Shown here in pieces: positions 21,018 through 32,689 of a DNA stretch of 64,000 bases. Positions within the stretch are counted from its first letter, which is position 1; each line of letters opens with the position of its first letter. The stretch comes from Bugula neritina (lineage: Eukaryota; Animalia; Bryozoa): positions 11,840,818 to 11,904,817 of the forward strand of contig OZ037772.1 in the NCBI GenBank assembly GCA_964035545.1. Direction: 5' to 3'. A program made the translations under genes and the position numbers. The notes under the pieces are model-generated. The model was not told the DNA's origin. It saw only the letters and a list, made by a program, of their open reading frames with translations, and did no database searches.

Positions 21018-21702
21018 TAGAGTTTCATCTGAATACTTATGACTAGACAGAAGTCAAGGAGAAGGTCAAATCAAAACTAACACACAGTTACCACAGAGAC
21101 TGACAGCAATCTAAAACAGATGAACGAAACAAGTTCACTGAAAACAAACTAATCAGTAAACTCTATAAAATTGTCAGTACAAACTCAAGCTCAGCATAAG
21201 CTTAGCCTAGCCATGCCAATCATGGGCCTGCATCAATGAAACTAATTAAATTAGTATCACCATAACATTAACAATCACAATTGAAATTATTTCAACGCAT
21301 AAAATTATTTATCCATATTGACATTTAATGATAGTCATACTGATACTGAAGTGATACCCATGGTTGTGCTGATACTGAAAGTGATATTCAATAAATATCA
21401 GCATGAGCGTCAGAGCATAAGACGCTAGCAAAATCAGCATCAGTACGAGTACGAGTAGGAGTATGAGTAAAATTAAAAGTAATATATTTAATTTTATATC
21501 ATAAATTATATTTTAATTACAAAAATTTTAATCATAATTACTAATTAAAATCAATATAAATAATAAAATATTCAGTTAAATTAAAATAATTATAATACTA
21601 ATAGTAATACTTATACTAACAGTAATGAATAATCATAATGATAATGGTAATGGTAAATAAATAATAGCCTTAGCACTCACAGTTGGAGTTACTAGTTTAA
21701 GT

Positions 21703-23397
21703 TACTATTTTCATAGCCAGTTCTGTGTTGATGAAGCCATTACTGATCTCCCCCTTCTCCCTACTAATTGCAGGACTCTTGAGATCAACCCTGAAGGAGT
21801 CAAGAAATTAATTCATGATCTGAAGAACAATAAATCTCCAGGACCTGACCAGATACGAAAGTGTGAGCTTTTAATAGACCCTAATATAGTAGCTCAATGT
21901 CTTACATATGTCTTTCAGGCCTCAATAGACTCCGGAGTGCTCCCAGCACAATGGAGAACTGCCAATGTGACACCAGTCCACAAAAAAGGTGCCAAAGACG
22001 AGCCATCAAACTATCGCCCAATCTCTCTCACCAGCATCCCTTGTAAAATGTTAGAACACATTGTCCTACATTATCTAAACAAATTGCTTGACAGCATGCT
22101 CTACAACAGACAACATGGTTTCAGGAAAGGCTTAGGATGTGAAACTCAGCTTTGCGCTACCTACCACGACATAGCAAAATCTGTGGAACATGATCATGTT
22201 ATTCATGGAGTAGTCCTTGATTTCCGTAAGGCGTTTGATAAGGTTCCCCACACCCTACTCATGCAAAAAGTCCGTTGTATTGATGGCATTAACCCAAGCA
22301 TAGCAAATTGGATCCAAGGGTTCCTGACAAAAAGAAGTCAGAGAACTGCCATACGTGGTGTATTATCATCAGATCTCCCTGTCTCCTCAGGGGTGCCACA
22401 GGGTTCGGTACTAGGGCCAACCTTGTTTCTTATATACATAAATGACCTACCACAAGTGATAACATGCAAAGTAAGTCTCTATGCCGATGACACCCTGATT
22501 TATGCTGCTGTGAATAGCAATGAGGACAAGCAGCTTTTTCAGACAAATATAGATGCTCTACATAAGTGGTCCATGAAATGGAAAATGCCTTTTAACACGG
22601 AAAAGTGTGAGGTAATCGTCTTTAGCAAAGCCCCAAGGGCATATCCAGTGTTTGACCCCAGCTATGCACTTGGTGGAACTCCGCTCAAATGCAGACAGGA
22701 GATCAAATATCTTGGTATAATTCTGCAGTCCAACTTAAAATTTGAGCAACATATTACATCTAAGATCAAAAGTGCCTCCAAGGTCCTAGGTTGCATAAAA
22801 TATTCGCTTTATGAAGCCCCTGCCAATAGCAAACTACTCGCATACACCAGTCTCTGCCGACCAATTCTAGAATACGGCGATACTCTTTGGGACCCAGCGG
22901 ATTCAGCTAATATTGATGCCTTAGAGCGTGTACAGTCCCAAGCAATCAGGTTCATTAACAATATCAAAGGAAGACAAGGCATCTCAGAAGCTCGAAACAA
23001 ACTCGAACTACAACTTCTCAAAGACCGAAGAAAAACACATAGGTTGTCACTGTTAATGAGAATCCTCTCAGATGAATCTAAACACCAAACTTTAGCCTCA
23101 GCTTATGATGAACTGACTAAAAATAAAAACAAGTACACTATGTATACGCGAGCTGCACAGAGAGGTGAGCCAACATCTATCTATGCTGCGAGCAAGGTCT
23201 ATTTTAACAGTTTTCTCCCACGCAGTGTGAGAGATCTGAAGCTAAGGTCAACTATCACACAACAATAAACAGCTATATGCTGCTATACTAACTCATACTG
23301 ACATTTATCACTAACCAAAGAGGCGCTCCACGTTTGCACCATAACGGTGACATTGAGTGTTCTATCGTCTACGAGGTAAGTTACGAGGTGAGTTACT
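21703..23397 (+). mobile_element. 5'-truncated non-LTR retrotransposon (LINE, CR1/L2-group-like)
   Basis: Open frame from ~21703 (KSPGPD, NYRPISLTS, QHGFR, LDFRKAFDKV, GVPQGSVLGP, YADD, KYLG) to stop 23268; short 3' UTR ending in tandem tacgaggtaagt/tacgaggtgagt. No endonuclease domain or ORF1. Confidence 0.92.
21937..23268 (+). CDS. LINE reverse transcriptase (partial ORF2)
   Basis: 443-aa ORF with canonical non-LTR RT motifs including YADD; the frame extends ~78 codons upstream without a stop. Confidence 0.9.
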   Translation: MLPAQWRTANVTPVHKKGAKDEPSNYRPISLTSIPCKMLEHIVLHYLNKLLDSMLYNRQHGFRKGLGCETQLCATYHDIAKSVEHDHVIHGVVLDFRKAFDKVPHTLLMQKVRCIDGINPSIANWIQGFLTKRSQRTAIRGVLSSDLPVSSGVPQGSVLGPTLFLIYINDLPQVITCKVSLYADDTLIYAAVNSNEDKQLFQTNIDALHKWSMKWKMPFNTEKCEVIVFSKAPRAYPVFDPSYALGGTPLKCRQEIKYLGIILQSNLKFEQHITSKIKSASKVLGCIKYSLYEAPANSKLLAYTSLCRPILEYGDTLWDPADSANIDALERVQSQAIRFINNIKGRQGISEARNKLELQLLKDRRKTHRLSLLMRILSDESKHQTLASAYDELTKNKNKYTMYTRAAQRGEPTSIYAASKVYFNSFLPRSVRDLKLRSTITQQ

Positions 23398-24953
23398 AAT
23401 AGTTACTTATTATCTACTCCTAGCACTGTAGCACAAGCCTAAGGCTTGCTAAGGCTAAGCATAAGCAATTTATTTTCAACTTCAAGTTTAACAATAGCCG
23501 TGATTAAATCTAGTGGCAGTAGTATTGCAAGTGTAGAAGTACTAGACCTAGTCTGAGTCTAGTAGAGCTACTACAGAAGACAAAGTTAAACTTTAACTTG
23601 AAGACTCAGACTGTTAGTTTAAATTCGAGTTTTAGTTTAAAACACTGTAACTTTAACTTTAAGTGTAAGTGTAGTTTAAGTTATTTATAGTGAATTCATA
23701 ACTAAAAAGCCGTAATTAAATCGTGAATAGAAAAATAATAAATATACGTCATACCGCTAACCGAGCTTAAAAGCAAGCATGCATCACTGAGTTTGTTTAC
23801 AAAATTCACATGCCTTAGTTTAGTTTAGTACTACTAGTAGTAGTACCAATGAGTTGAATTTTCAATTGGGACCAATTAGCGGTTCCATCTAAACTACTTT
23901 AGGCATACAGCTGTATGTGAAAGCAACCGTTATTGGCCTGCTAATTAGACGAATCAAATGCTAGGAAACATCATAATCGTATATGTACAAACAAATATGT
24001 GAACAAGCAGGTTAAATAATCACTTAACTAATAAAAGTATTTTACCTGCAGAATATAATTTGGCGCTTGACTAAATTTTTCCAACTTATATAATAAGTAA
24101 TAACTAATAAGCCCAGCCCCATGTGAATATAAAATTAAGTATTTTCTATAGTTAATAGTTCATACTATTTCTAATAGAAACATAGTGATAGAATAAAGTA
24201 TGTTAATATTTTGACTTTCTAATAATTATGATAATAGTTAAATTTAATATCTGCACTAGCAGCTAGTAGACTTCAAGTATTTTTGAGTTTATACAGAGTG
24301 AGAGTCACAGACCATAAATATTAAATATAAATTATTAAATGTAATTATTTTTTACTTATATTTATAGTTATAGTTAATAAGTTATACTTATAGTACTTAT
24401 TATTATACTTACACTAATTATATTATAATTATTGATACTTCTAGTGATCGAGTTAGACTATAACTATTACTATAAGTATAACTATAACTATAAGTATAAG
24501 TTATAGTAAGTTATACTGTATAAGTTAACGTATAGTATTTGATCCTAAAGAGTAAAGTATGTTGATGTTCAATTTGTTATGTGTGAAAATATTGATAGAC
24601 TTATACTTATAGTGCTTTTACTTTCACTCTTTAGCATAAAAATGTACTTTTTTTTAGCAGCTTATCTAATTTTGAGTCTGTTTGATTCAGATTATTATAA
24701 TATTGGGTTGAAAAATCATACTGATACTGATGAACAATCAAACTCTCAAGTCTTAAGGTTGTAACCTGCTCAGTATAAGTGTAACTCCTACTTAATTACC
24801 AACTTTGAAATGTTACCTAATCAAAGTTTAGGGATTGAAGCAATTATTTAGCTAGCTGCGCATGTTCAATTGGTTGTAGGTTGCTAGAAGCTTCAAAGAT
24901 TTTTTGTGTGATCTGATTAGTTGCCTTGCTAAAGCAAATACTGACTTACAGAA

Positions 24954-25939
24954 ATGTCTGGGAACAGGAAACTGGACATGAAGGCGGAGTTTGAAAAGTT
25001 GAATCCAACAGAACAACATTTTGTAAAAAAAGGTACTTTCTGTTCAATTATTTGCAATAAAACATTTATTGTACATCCGGCAACTCTCACGCAAGATTAT
25101 AGTCGCTATCTCTGTGAGAAACCCCTGATGGGAGGGGTTTTTGTTAGATCGGGCTAAGGATTTGTTCAGATTGGTCGCAGGAGCAATTATGACTGGATGT
25201 TCTTTCTAACATCACCAATGGCCTTGTCGGGTTCGAAATCATGACTTTGTCTTCACTAAGCAAACGCTCTAGCCCCTCGGGCCTAGGCCAAAGCTGCTCT
25301 CTAGTGATTGTACATCCAGCAACTGTTATTGAAATAATATTTGGGACTGTTTGCATAGATATTTTTAATGCATGCAGTTTTAGCCCTAGAAAGCTGAGTT
25401 TTTATATAACTTTTTAAAATATGTCTTGAATTCTAATATACATCAAGTTTCTCTTGGCTAAGAATAAAGCTGCAAAAATTCTTCAGGTTTTCACTGTGAT
25501 AATCCTTTGCTTCACCTAATTGCATGTTGTAGCCGAACTAGTTAATAGAGCTCGGGCTTTGTCTCAAAAATCACTGAGAAAGAGGAACATCACTGTAGCT
25601 GGAGTAATATTTGCCGGAGTCCTATCAATCTGTATCCTTTGTTACGTAACAGCATTTAGCAGTTGTCTTCTCTATGCAGAAATTTAGTAGTTTTCTCTTT
25701 TATGTTACTTGCTCAAATACTGTAGTTTATGTTACTTGCAACTCTTTAATGAACATGTCAAAATAAGAGACTATGTTGGAATATATTACTATGTTATAAT
25801 ATAAAGCTATGTTATAATATTAGGCTATGTTAGAATATTAGACTGTGATTCTTAACTCCACCTACCAGACGCCTATACTATCATAGCTGTAAAACAAGAG
25901 AAGTTCCTCGATGACTATGATGACATGCACAAGAAGTGA
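24954..25939 (+). CDS. COA3: Cytochrome c oxidase assembly factor 3 (CCDC56), 82 aa
   Basis: Exons 24954-25032, 25533-25631, 25869-25939 give MSGNRKLDMKAEFEKLNPTEQHFVKKAELVNRARALSQKSLRKRNITVAGVIFAGVLSIYAYTIIAVKQEKFLDDYDDMHKK*. R.RN, a TM segment and IYAYT...VKQEKFLDD match the COA3 signature. Confidence 0.9.
25086..25306 (-). mobile_element. Probable tRNA-derived SINE in COA3 intron 1
   Basis: Flanked by an 18-bp direct repeat attgtacatcc(g/a)gcaact (25068-25085, 25307-25324). Minus strand starts with A-box-like tggcctaggcccgagggg and B-box-like atttcgaacccg. A related fragment lies at ~45198-45310. Confidence 0.7.
25632..25868 (+). other. U12-type (minor spliceosome) GT-AG intron in COA3
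   Basis: Donor GTATCCTTT; branch-site TTCTTAAC at 25849-25856, 12 nt before the end of the AG; no strong polypyrimidine tract. Confidence 0.9.
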
Positions 25940-26514
25940 AACTGACTATAAACCACAGTGCCTTTAAAACACCCACAGCTGTAATGATTGTTTGGTCAGC
26001 TGATTGAAGACAACTCCTTCTATAGCTGAAATAAACTATTTATTGTGCAGCTTTTTGAGGTTTCTTAACCTTTCTGTAAAGTTTCAAGGCACTAGAATGT
26101 AGCTATATCATTCTCTATTTCATTTTTACTTTTAAAAGTATATTTTGAGTGCATTTGTTTTTGTTTTGAGCTCCTAATAAGATGAGAATTTTGTAAAATG
26201 TTATTATACATACTACTATATTATTAGGCATCTGTTATTTTAAAATATTTGGTAGTTGCCTTCTCTTTGGTCTCCTGTGGTATCCAATGGTTGTATTTGA
26301 TAATGCTTAAAATATTAATACACTGACGAGAACATGACATTATATTGGGGCATTGAATCTTCAACATTGTTTTAAGTTTGACAAAAAACGTCTTCACCTT
26401 AAAAGTGATATGATATGCAAAACTGTGATATATTAGTACAGATTTTCTCTCCTGGACCCCATGTGTTAAACTGGTGCTAGGGAGAGATTGATAGATTATT
26501 GTAACTATCATGCA

Positions 26515-26611
<97 letters not shown>

Positions 26612-26657
26612 TACGAGAAACATTGTTGATTTATTACTATATTAGGTAAAGTAATTA

Positions 26658-26697
26658 TACTGATATTTCGGGTACCACTGTACCCATCTTCAGAGTA
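26658..26697 (-). ncRNA. Mirror copy of the minimal hammerhead motif on the opposite strand
   Basis: Exact reverse complement of 26724-26763 within the palindrome. Confidence 0.72.
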
Positions 26698-26723
26698 GCA
26701 ATGAATGAAATTTCATTCATTGC

Positions 26724-26763
26724 TACTCTGAAGATGGGTACAGTGGTACCCGAAATATCAGTA
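26724..26763 (+). ncRNA. Minimal type I hammerhead ribozyme motif (Penelope-type)
   Basis: tact-CTGAAGA-t-gggtac(agtg)gtaccc-GAAA-TAT-C-agta: stem I tact/agta, CUGANGA core, 6-bp stem II, GAAA, palindromic AUAU stem III, predicted cleavage after C26759. Confidence 0.75.
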
Positions 26764-26846
26764 TAATTACTTTACCTAATATAGTAATAAATCAACAATG
26801 TTTCTCGTATACCTATTTATAATCAAATTGCTAGCTCGTAAAGATA

Positions 26847-26905
<59 letters not shown>

Positions 26906-27603
26906 TTATACATATATATACATATATATATACAAATAATATATACAAATAATATATACAAATAATATATACAAATAATATATACAAATAATATATACAT
27001 ATATACACAGTAAAACTGCGCAAGATTTCAGAAAAGTACTGTCTAGTTTATTAATACACTCACCATCGGCTCTACATGAGTTTCATTGTTGGAACTTTCA
27101 GAATATCGTACAGGAATAATTATGTCCTCCAACATTTCTTGTCTGCAACTTTCAATCTTGGGCTACACACATCAGGATATGTGAATGGTATATTGCAAGT
27201 AGTGCTGCACTCAATGAAATATGATGTATATTATCAAGGCTGCAAATGGTATGATTACTTACCTTTCATTACTCACTATTAGCAATTCATCAACTCAAAT
27301 TCTTATATGTGAAAATATTAGGTTCTGAAATTACATAATTTTTTAGAAGACCAATTTTCAATAAAAGTTTTTAGTAATATAAGGATTTAGGTAAAAAGTT
27401 GTAAAAGATATTCAATGACACTATCGTGTAGGTTATATTGAGTTAGCAATGTTAGGTTGGCCAAAACAACAGTTTCCAATGTGTATAAAACAATTCTGTA
27501 AACACCTACGGCTACTACACCCAGTTTTCATTAAAAATCTTTAAACTAATAAAGCATGAGCTAGAAACAAGAAATCATCATTTTAATTTTATAAAAAGAC
27601 TCA

Positions 27604-27998
27604 TCATGTCGAAAAAACTTCCGGCTCATAAACCACCTCAAAGTTCTCTGAGTCCAATCTCTTGTAGATGCCTTGTTTAAACTGGAAGAAGTCTTTGTAG
27701 AAGTTGCCAAGGAAACGATTGTAGAGTTTCTTAGCCATGACACTGTCAGGTTGCTGCTGTCCGGTCTGCTTACAAATCGTGTCATAGTAGTCCCATGATA
27801 CAGTGTGGAAGTTCTTAGGCTTCAGTCCGCGATCCGTAACATTCTTCTTGCAGGTATCTTGATAGTCTTTTTCCATTTCCTTAGATAATTTTTTTAACAG
27901 AACTTCAGGTAGAGACTGGAGCTATCATATTTTCTATTTTAAAATAGTGTTAAGAAGCTAGCTGTATCTGTACACACACACGCACACACGCAAACACA

Positions 27999-28091
<93 letters not shown>

Positions 28092-31000
28092 ACACATTAG
28101 GTGCTGGAATCTTACCTCCCTGCTAGGTGTTGGAATTTTCTCTGCAATCAAAGCGGCAGCGAGGTCAGCCTGGACACAGAATTCCCTAAATGGTGAACCC
28201 AGTTTGTAGAGGCCGATGTAGTAGAGACTGGGGTGAGCTATGTCCACCATCATTCTGTAGATGTTGGTCACATGATCCTCTTTGATCACTGGATGACATC
28301 TTTCACTCAGGAAGGAGAATTCATGCCTACAGTTAATAATAAAAGATTAATTCTTACAGCAATAAAGATGTACATGATGTTTCAAGTATGTACTGATGCA
28401 CTGCCTTGACATAGCAACAACTATTTAATATTACTTAAACCTGCAGCAAACAATGCAGTATAAAAACAATTGTTGCTACAGTAAATAAACCATGTACCTG
28501 ATTATATACGTTCATGCAACTTGTAAAAACTTGTATCAGAACCAGACAAAAAAGTACCGGGTTAATTACACGTAACCAGAACCACAATGCAGCTATAAGC
28601 ACCTAGCTGCTAGGTGATTCACATCTTAGCCAGAACTACATAGCCAGAGTCGCACACTATAATTAGAAATACACAGTGCAATGGTTACCTGTATCCAGTT
28701 CCTAGTAAAATTATGTCAGCTTGCACAACTTTGCCATCGAGGAAGGTGATGTCATCTCCGTCTATCCTAACTATGTCCTTGACATATTCAGCATTTTCAC
28801 AGAGCGGGGCTGTGATGTGGTTGTAGTGATGGCTTACGTATATCTGTAATAGACTGGGATTTATCAGAAAATAACACCGGGCAAAGAGGCGGCGGTACAA
28901 GTAAAGTTTATAAGGTTTCCAAAAGGAATTTGAAACTGAAGCAATAGAGATTGCCAAATATCTCAATGCTGGTTTCATTATTGAGTTATTGAGTTATAGT
29001 AATCAATATAATCTATCAATAATAGTCAATCATAATATTCAATATAGTAATTTGTGAGAAAATAAGTCATTATTATTATCTTTGGCCTTTTCGCAACATA
29101 GTGTATTCGCAAAGTGTTATGCTTATTATTGGTTTAGATACATTATTATATACTATTCTGATATCTTGCACTCTAACATAGTATCCAAAATTTCACTCTC
29201 GACATAATTATTAATTTTAGGCTTTATAGTAAAAAACTGCAAAATACAGCCCCATTAGGGACACAGTTTTTAAAATACTTAAATCATTCAACACATTCTA
29301 ACAAATTTCTTAAAATTAATAAATACCATCTCCACATAATAAATAATAAATACTAATAATTTAGAAAGTGAATTGTGTTTACAAGCAATCTAGTGGTAAG
29401 ACAATTTGTATGAAGCTAAACAATACCCAGCTTAAGTATTGCACTATAATAATTTTTTTTACTGCCACATTATAATTACTTGTTTCGCATAAAAGATAAA
29501 GAGAGAACGCAACTCCTTTTCACTGAAACGCCCACCTTCTTAGCTACTGTGTGTATTTCCACCAGAATATCCAGTGCTGAGAACCTAGCTCCAACTATCA
29601 CCACTGTCTTACCAACATAGTGTGACGGGTTCTGGTAGTAGCGACTATGAATTATCTCCCCTGTGTACGTCTGTTTGCCATCAAAGTCGGGAATGTACAT
29701 CTTCGACTCATGACTAAAATGAATTCGAGGTTATTTGACTTACATAATTAATATATTGTGTATTTAGAACCTACATGTTGCTCAGGATGTTTTGAAAGAA
29801 AGTTTTATCACGTTTTACAGCCTAATCATGAAACATTGTAGACTATAATACTATAGATATAGCATAAAGTAATGCATTATTTATAAAGTTCTATAAAAAT
29901 TTTCTCACAGTTCTTAAGATAGAAAAGAGGTTTCATTATATTATATACTTCCCATCCTATTTCAATTTGATCATAAAGTATTTTAGACGGAGATAAATGG
30001 TATATGTTATATAGTCTATTAGTTAGTATAAGTTAAATCATTATTTTTAAACCCTGTAAAAACACTACACGGCCTACTGTGATGCCTAAAAAACTTTGGC
30101 TTCACTAATTATAGCTTAGTTTTATTTTAGTACATTTTTAATCTTGACCTTGGCATATAAGCTAAAGCACAATACTATGTACGAACCCAACAGCTACAAT
30201 AACAGCATCACACTTTTTGTTCTTTATAGCTCCGGTCTCCTCATTCCTTGCCATCACGTTCCATCTCTCTTTCCCTTTTACAGAGGAGATAATGTCGACA
30301 TTCAGAACAGTGTGACGGAACTGAAATAAGATAATAGAGTACTTAAGGTCAGGTTGAAGTTTGTCTTAGCACACATTGAGATGTCAGATCTTCATTGTAA
30401 CCAGCTCAATAGATTATGTATCACTTGAATGTATATTTCTGGTTGCACAATGGTTCACAACATATCACTTATAATATGGCATATTTATATGTTTTGTTCA
30501 GTGATATAGAAAATTATAAATTTGAATAGTATTAATAATCGCAGTGTATTCTAAAGAATATAGGTTTCAAGGTACGTGTGAAATCAGCCAATAATTGGTA
30601 GTTTATTTTAATTCTCACCTATCAGCAGCAGTTTGTTATTGAAATGTAACAGTAGCCAGTGTGACAGGTTTTCTGTCAAATTAAACTTTCGTTATATTAT
30701 GATAAATTGTTTCTGATCTACACTTTGTAGCAATTCTGAACTACATTGAAGGAAATGTAAACAGTCTTGACTGAAGTATATTTTTCAACAGCTAGCTAGT
30801 TTAATTGTATATATGGAAATATGGAAGATGAGTGACCTAGACTTTAAAGTTAATAATGAGAACAAAATTGTTATTCAAAAGGATCTTTTATCTCTAAGAC
30901 ATGTAATAATGGAGTTTATACCAGGTAACAGAACTTGCCTAGTGTTATGTAACCTGTATAATTATAAGAGCTCACCTGAATGTACTGGTATAACTCGAAA

Positions 31001-32402
31001 TGCTTGGCGAAAGACTCTATATACTCAAGGATCATCCTATGGGGTAGGTAGGACACTTTGATGTCCGCAGGAAAAGGAAATCCCGGATACCCAATTATTT
31101 CTTTTGGAAAGTTGGCCCTGAAAACGAATTTGAACATCTAAGATAACTGTCAAAAATATTAAAATTGCTAGCTAGCTTAATGGTGTTTTGGATAGCTAAT
31201 CTTTCCATTGGAAGCTGTTTGCATATGAAAGCTGCTAGTTATTTCTATGCTTTCACTTCTATACCTTTATAAGGAGTAATGGGGTATATGCTCACCTATG
31301 CTTATAGTATATCCAACCATAAATATAAATAAAATCTTATTAACTCATAAAAGGCTTTAGTTGCTATATATAATTATTAATTATCAAATGCAATAACTTT
31401 TCGTGGGGGAATATTGTATTTAATCAACTGCTGCCGGTATGTTCAGCACCTATGCTGATTGGCTGAAAAATTCCAAGAATGTTATTTATTATTTAAAATA
31501 TCAACACTGCGCAAACTTTCTGCTTGAATGAGTGAGTTAGTCAGATAGACTCAAGTTGACATGTTAAAACATAGATGTAGTCTGTAGAGGCACCGAATAC
31601 AATATCTTTTTGTCAACAATAGTTATGTATATGTCTTGAAATGTTGTCTTCACTACATACCAGATATGTTTGATGTCTATTTAGTATTTATACAGTCATA
31701 TAAATATTAGTATTATAGCTACTGTCCTAAAGATAATTAACATAAACTTGAACTGGATAATACTTTATATATATTGCATGCACTTGAATGTTGCTTTAAA
31801 AGTTTCAGTATAGCTTATATTAGAAATCATAAGTTAGTTCAGCATGTATCACAGCAGCATTCACAACATATATATGCAGCAAAAGAAGTTTCAATTTTCT
31901 TAATTATCTTGGTGAATTTTTTTCGAGAATTATTAAAAATTTGTTAAAACATAACATCTTTTGCTACATTACTTGTCTAAAACATATTATTAAGGGGAAT
32001 TCTCTAAAGCTATTTTTTCTATACTGCATTTTATTGATATGGAAATGACTTAGATGCATAGCTAGAAAAAAGATGCTATTTGGAAACGAAACCAGAAATC
32101 TTTTTGAAAGCTGAAATATTTCTGCCTTCTTATACAATGAACTTTATTCTCAAAACACACATTTGACATGCCTATATTTGCTGAATCTCACATAAAAACT
32201 AATGGTTAGCACTATTAGACTGAGCTCACCTTAAGTTGTCATACATAGGAGAGTTCTTGTAGGGGTCCCTGTTCACCCAGATTCCACCTACCCTGTCGCT
32301 AACCTCATACGCCGTAATATTCACCTCATCCTTGTATTTACTCAGCGATCTGATCGCTGCGAGTCCCGACGGCCCAGCCCCGATGATCACCACTTCTTTC
32401 AT
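27604..32402 (-). CDS. Flavin-containing monooxygenase, copy A (422 aa)
   Basis: Exons 32230-32402, 30976-31117, 30187-30320, 29536-29713, 28689-28843, 28116-28326, 27604-27879 total 1269 nt, open. FAD motif IIGAGPSGL, GGIW, FMO motif YTGEIIHSRYY, NADPH site VGARFSALD, GTGY. Confidence 0.92.
27972..28089. repeat. (CA)n microsatellite in FMO copy A intron 6
   Basis: Long CA run; a shorter degenerate counterpart lies in copy B at ~34471-34525. Confidence 0.95.
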
Positions 32403-32689
32403 GACGACTCTAGTAAGATGATTACTCTAGTAAGATGTTGTCTAGCAGAGAGTTAGACCTGCAGTGAACTGTCAACTTGCAAGTATTGAGGTGTCTGATT
32501 TATGTGTCATGTAGTTCAATGTGTACACAGGGTAAGGTTATCTTGAAAGTATTGCATGAATGTAGTCTTAGTTTTTTGTTATGCTATGGGTGGTATGTGC
32601 ATTGCCTGCCTGACTATTGCTTAGGCCTTAGAACATGGCTACACTGTAGACAATATGAACTTATAAAATATAAATCTTGACATCAGTAA

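Larger units (their letters stand above)
26522..27005. repeat. (TA)n microsatellites flanking a perfect 202-bp palindrome (26610-26811)
   Basis: 101-bp arms with no spacer, centre atgaatgaaa|tttcattcat; (TA)n at 26522-26603 and ~26850-26900, then atatatacaaata repeats. Confidence 0.95.
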
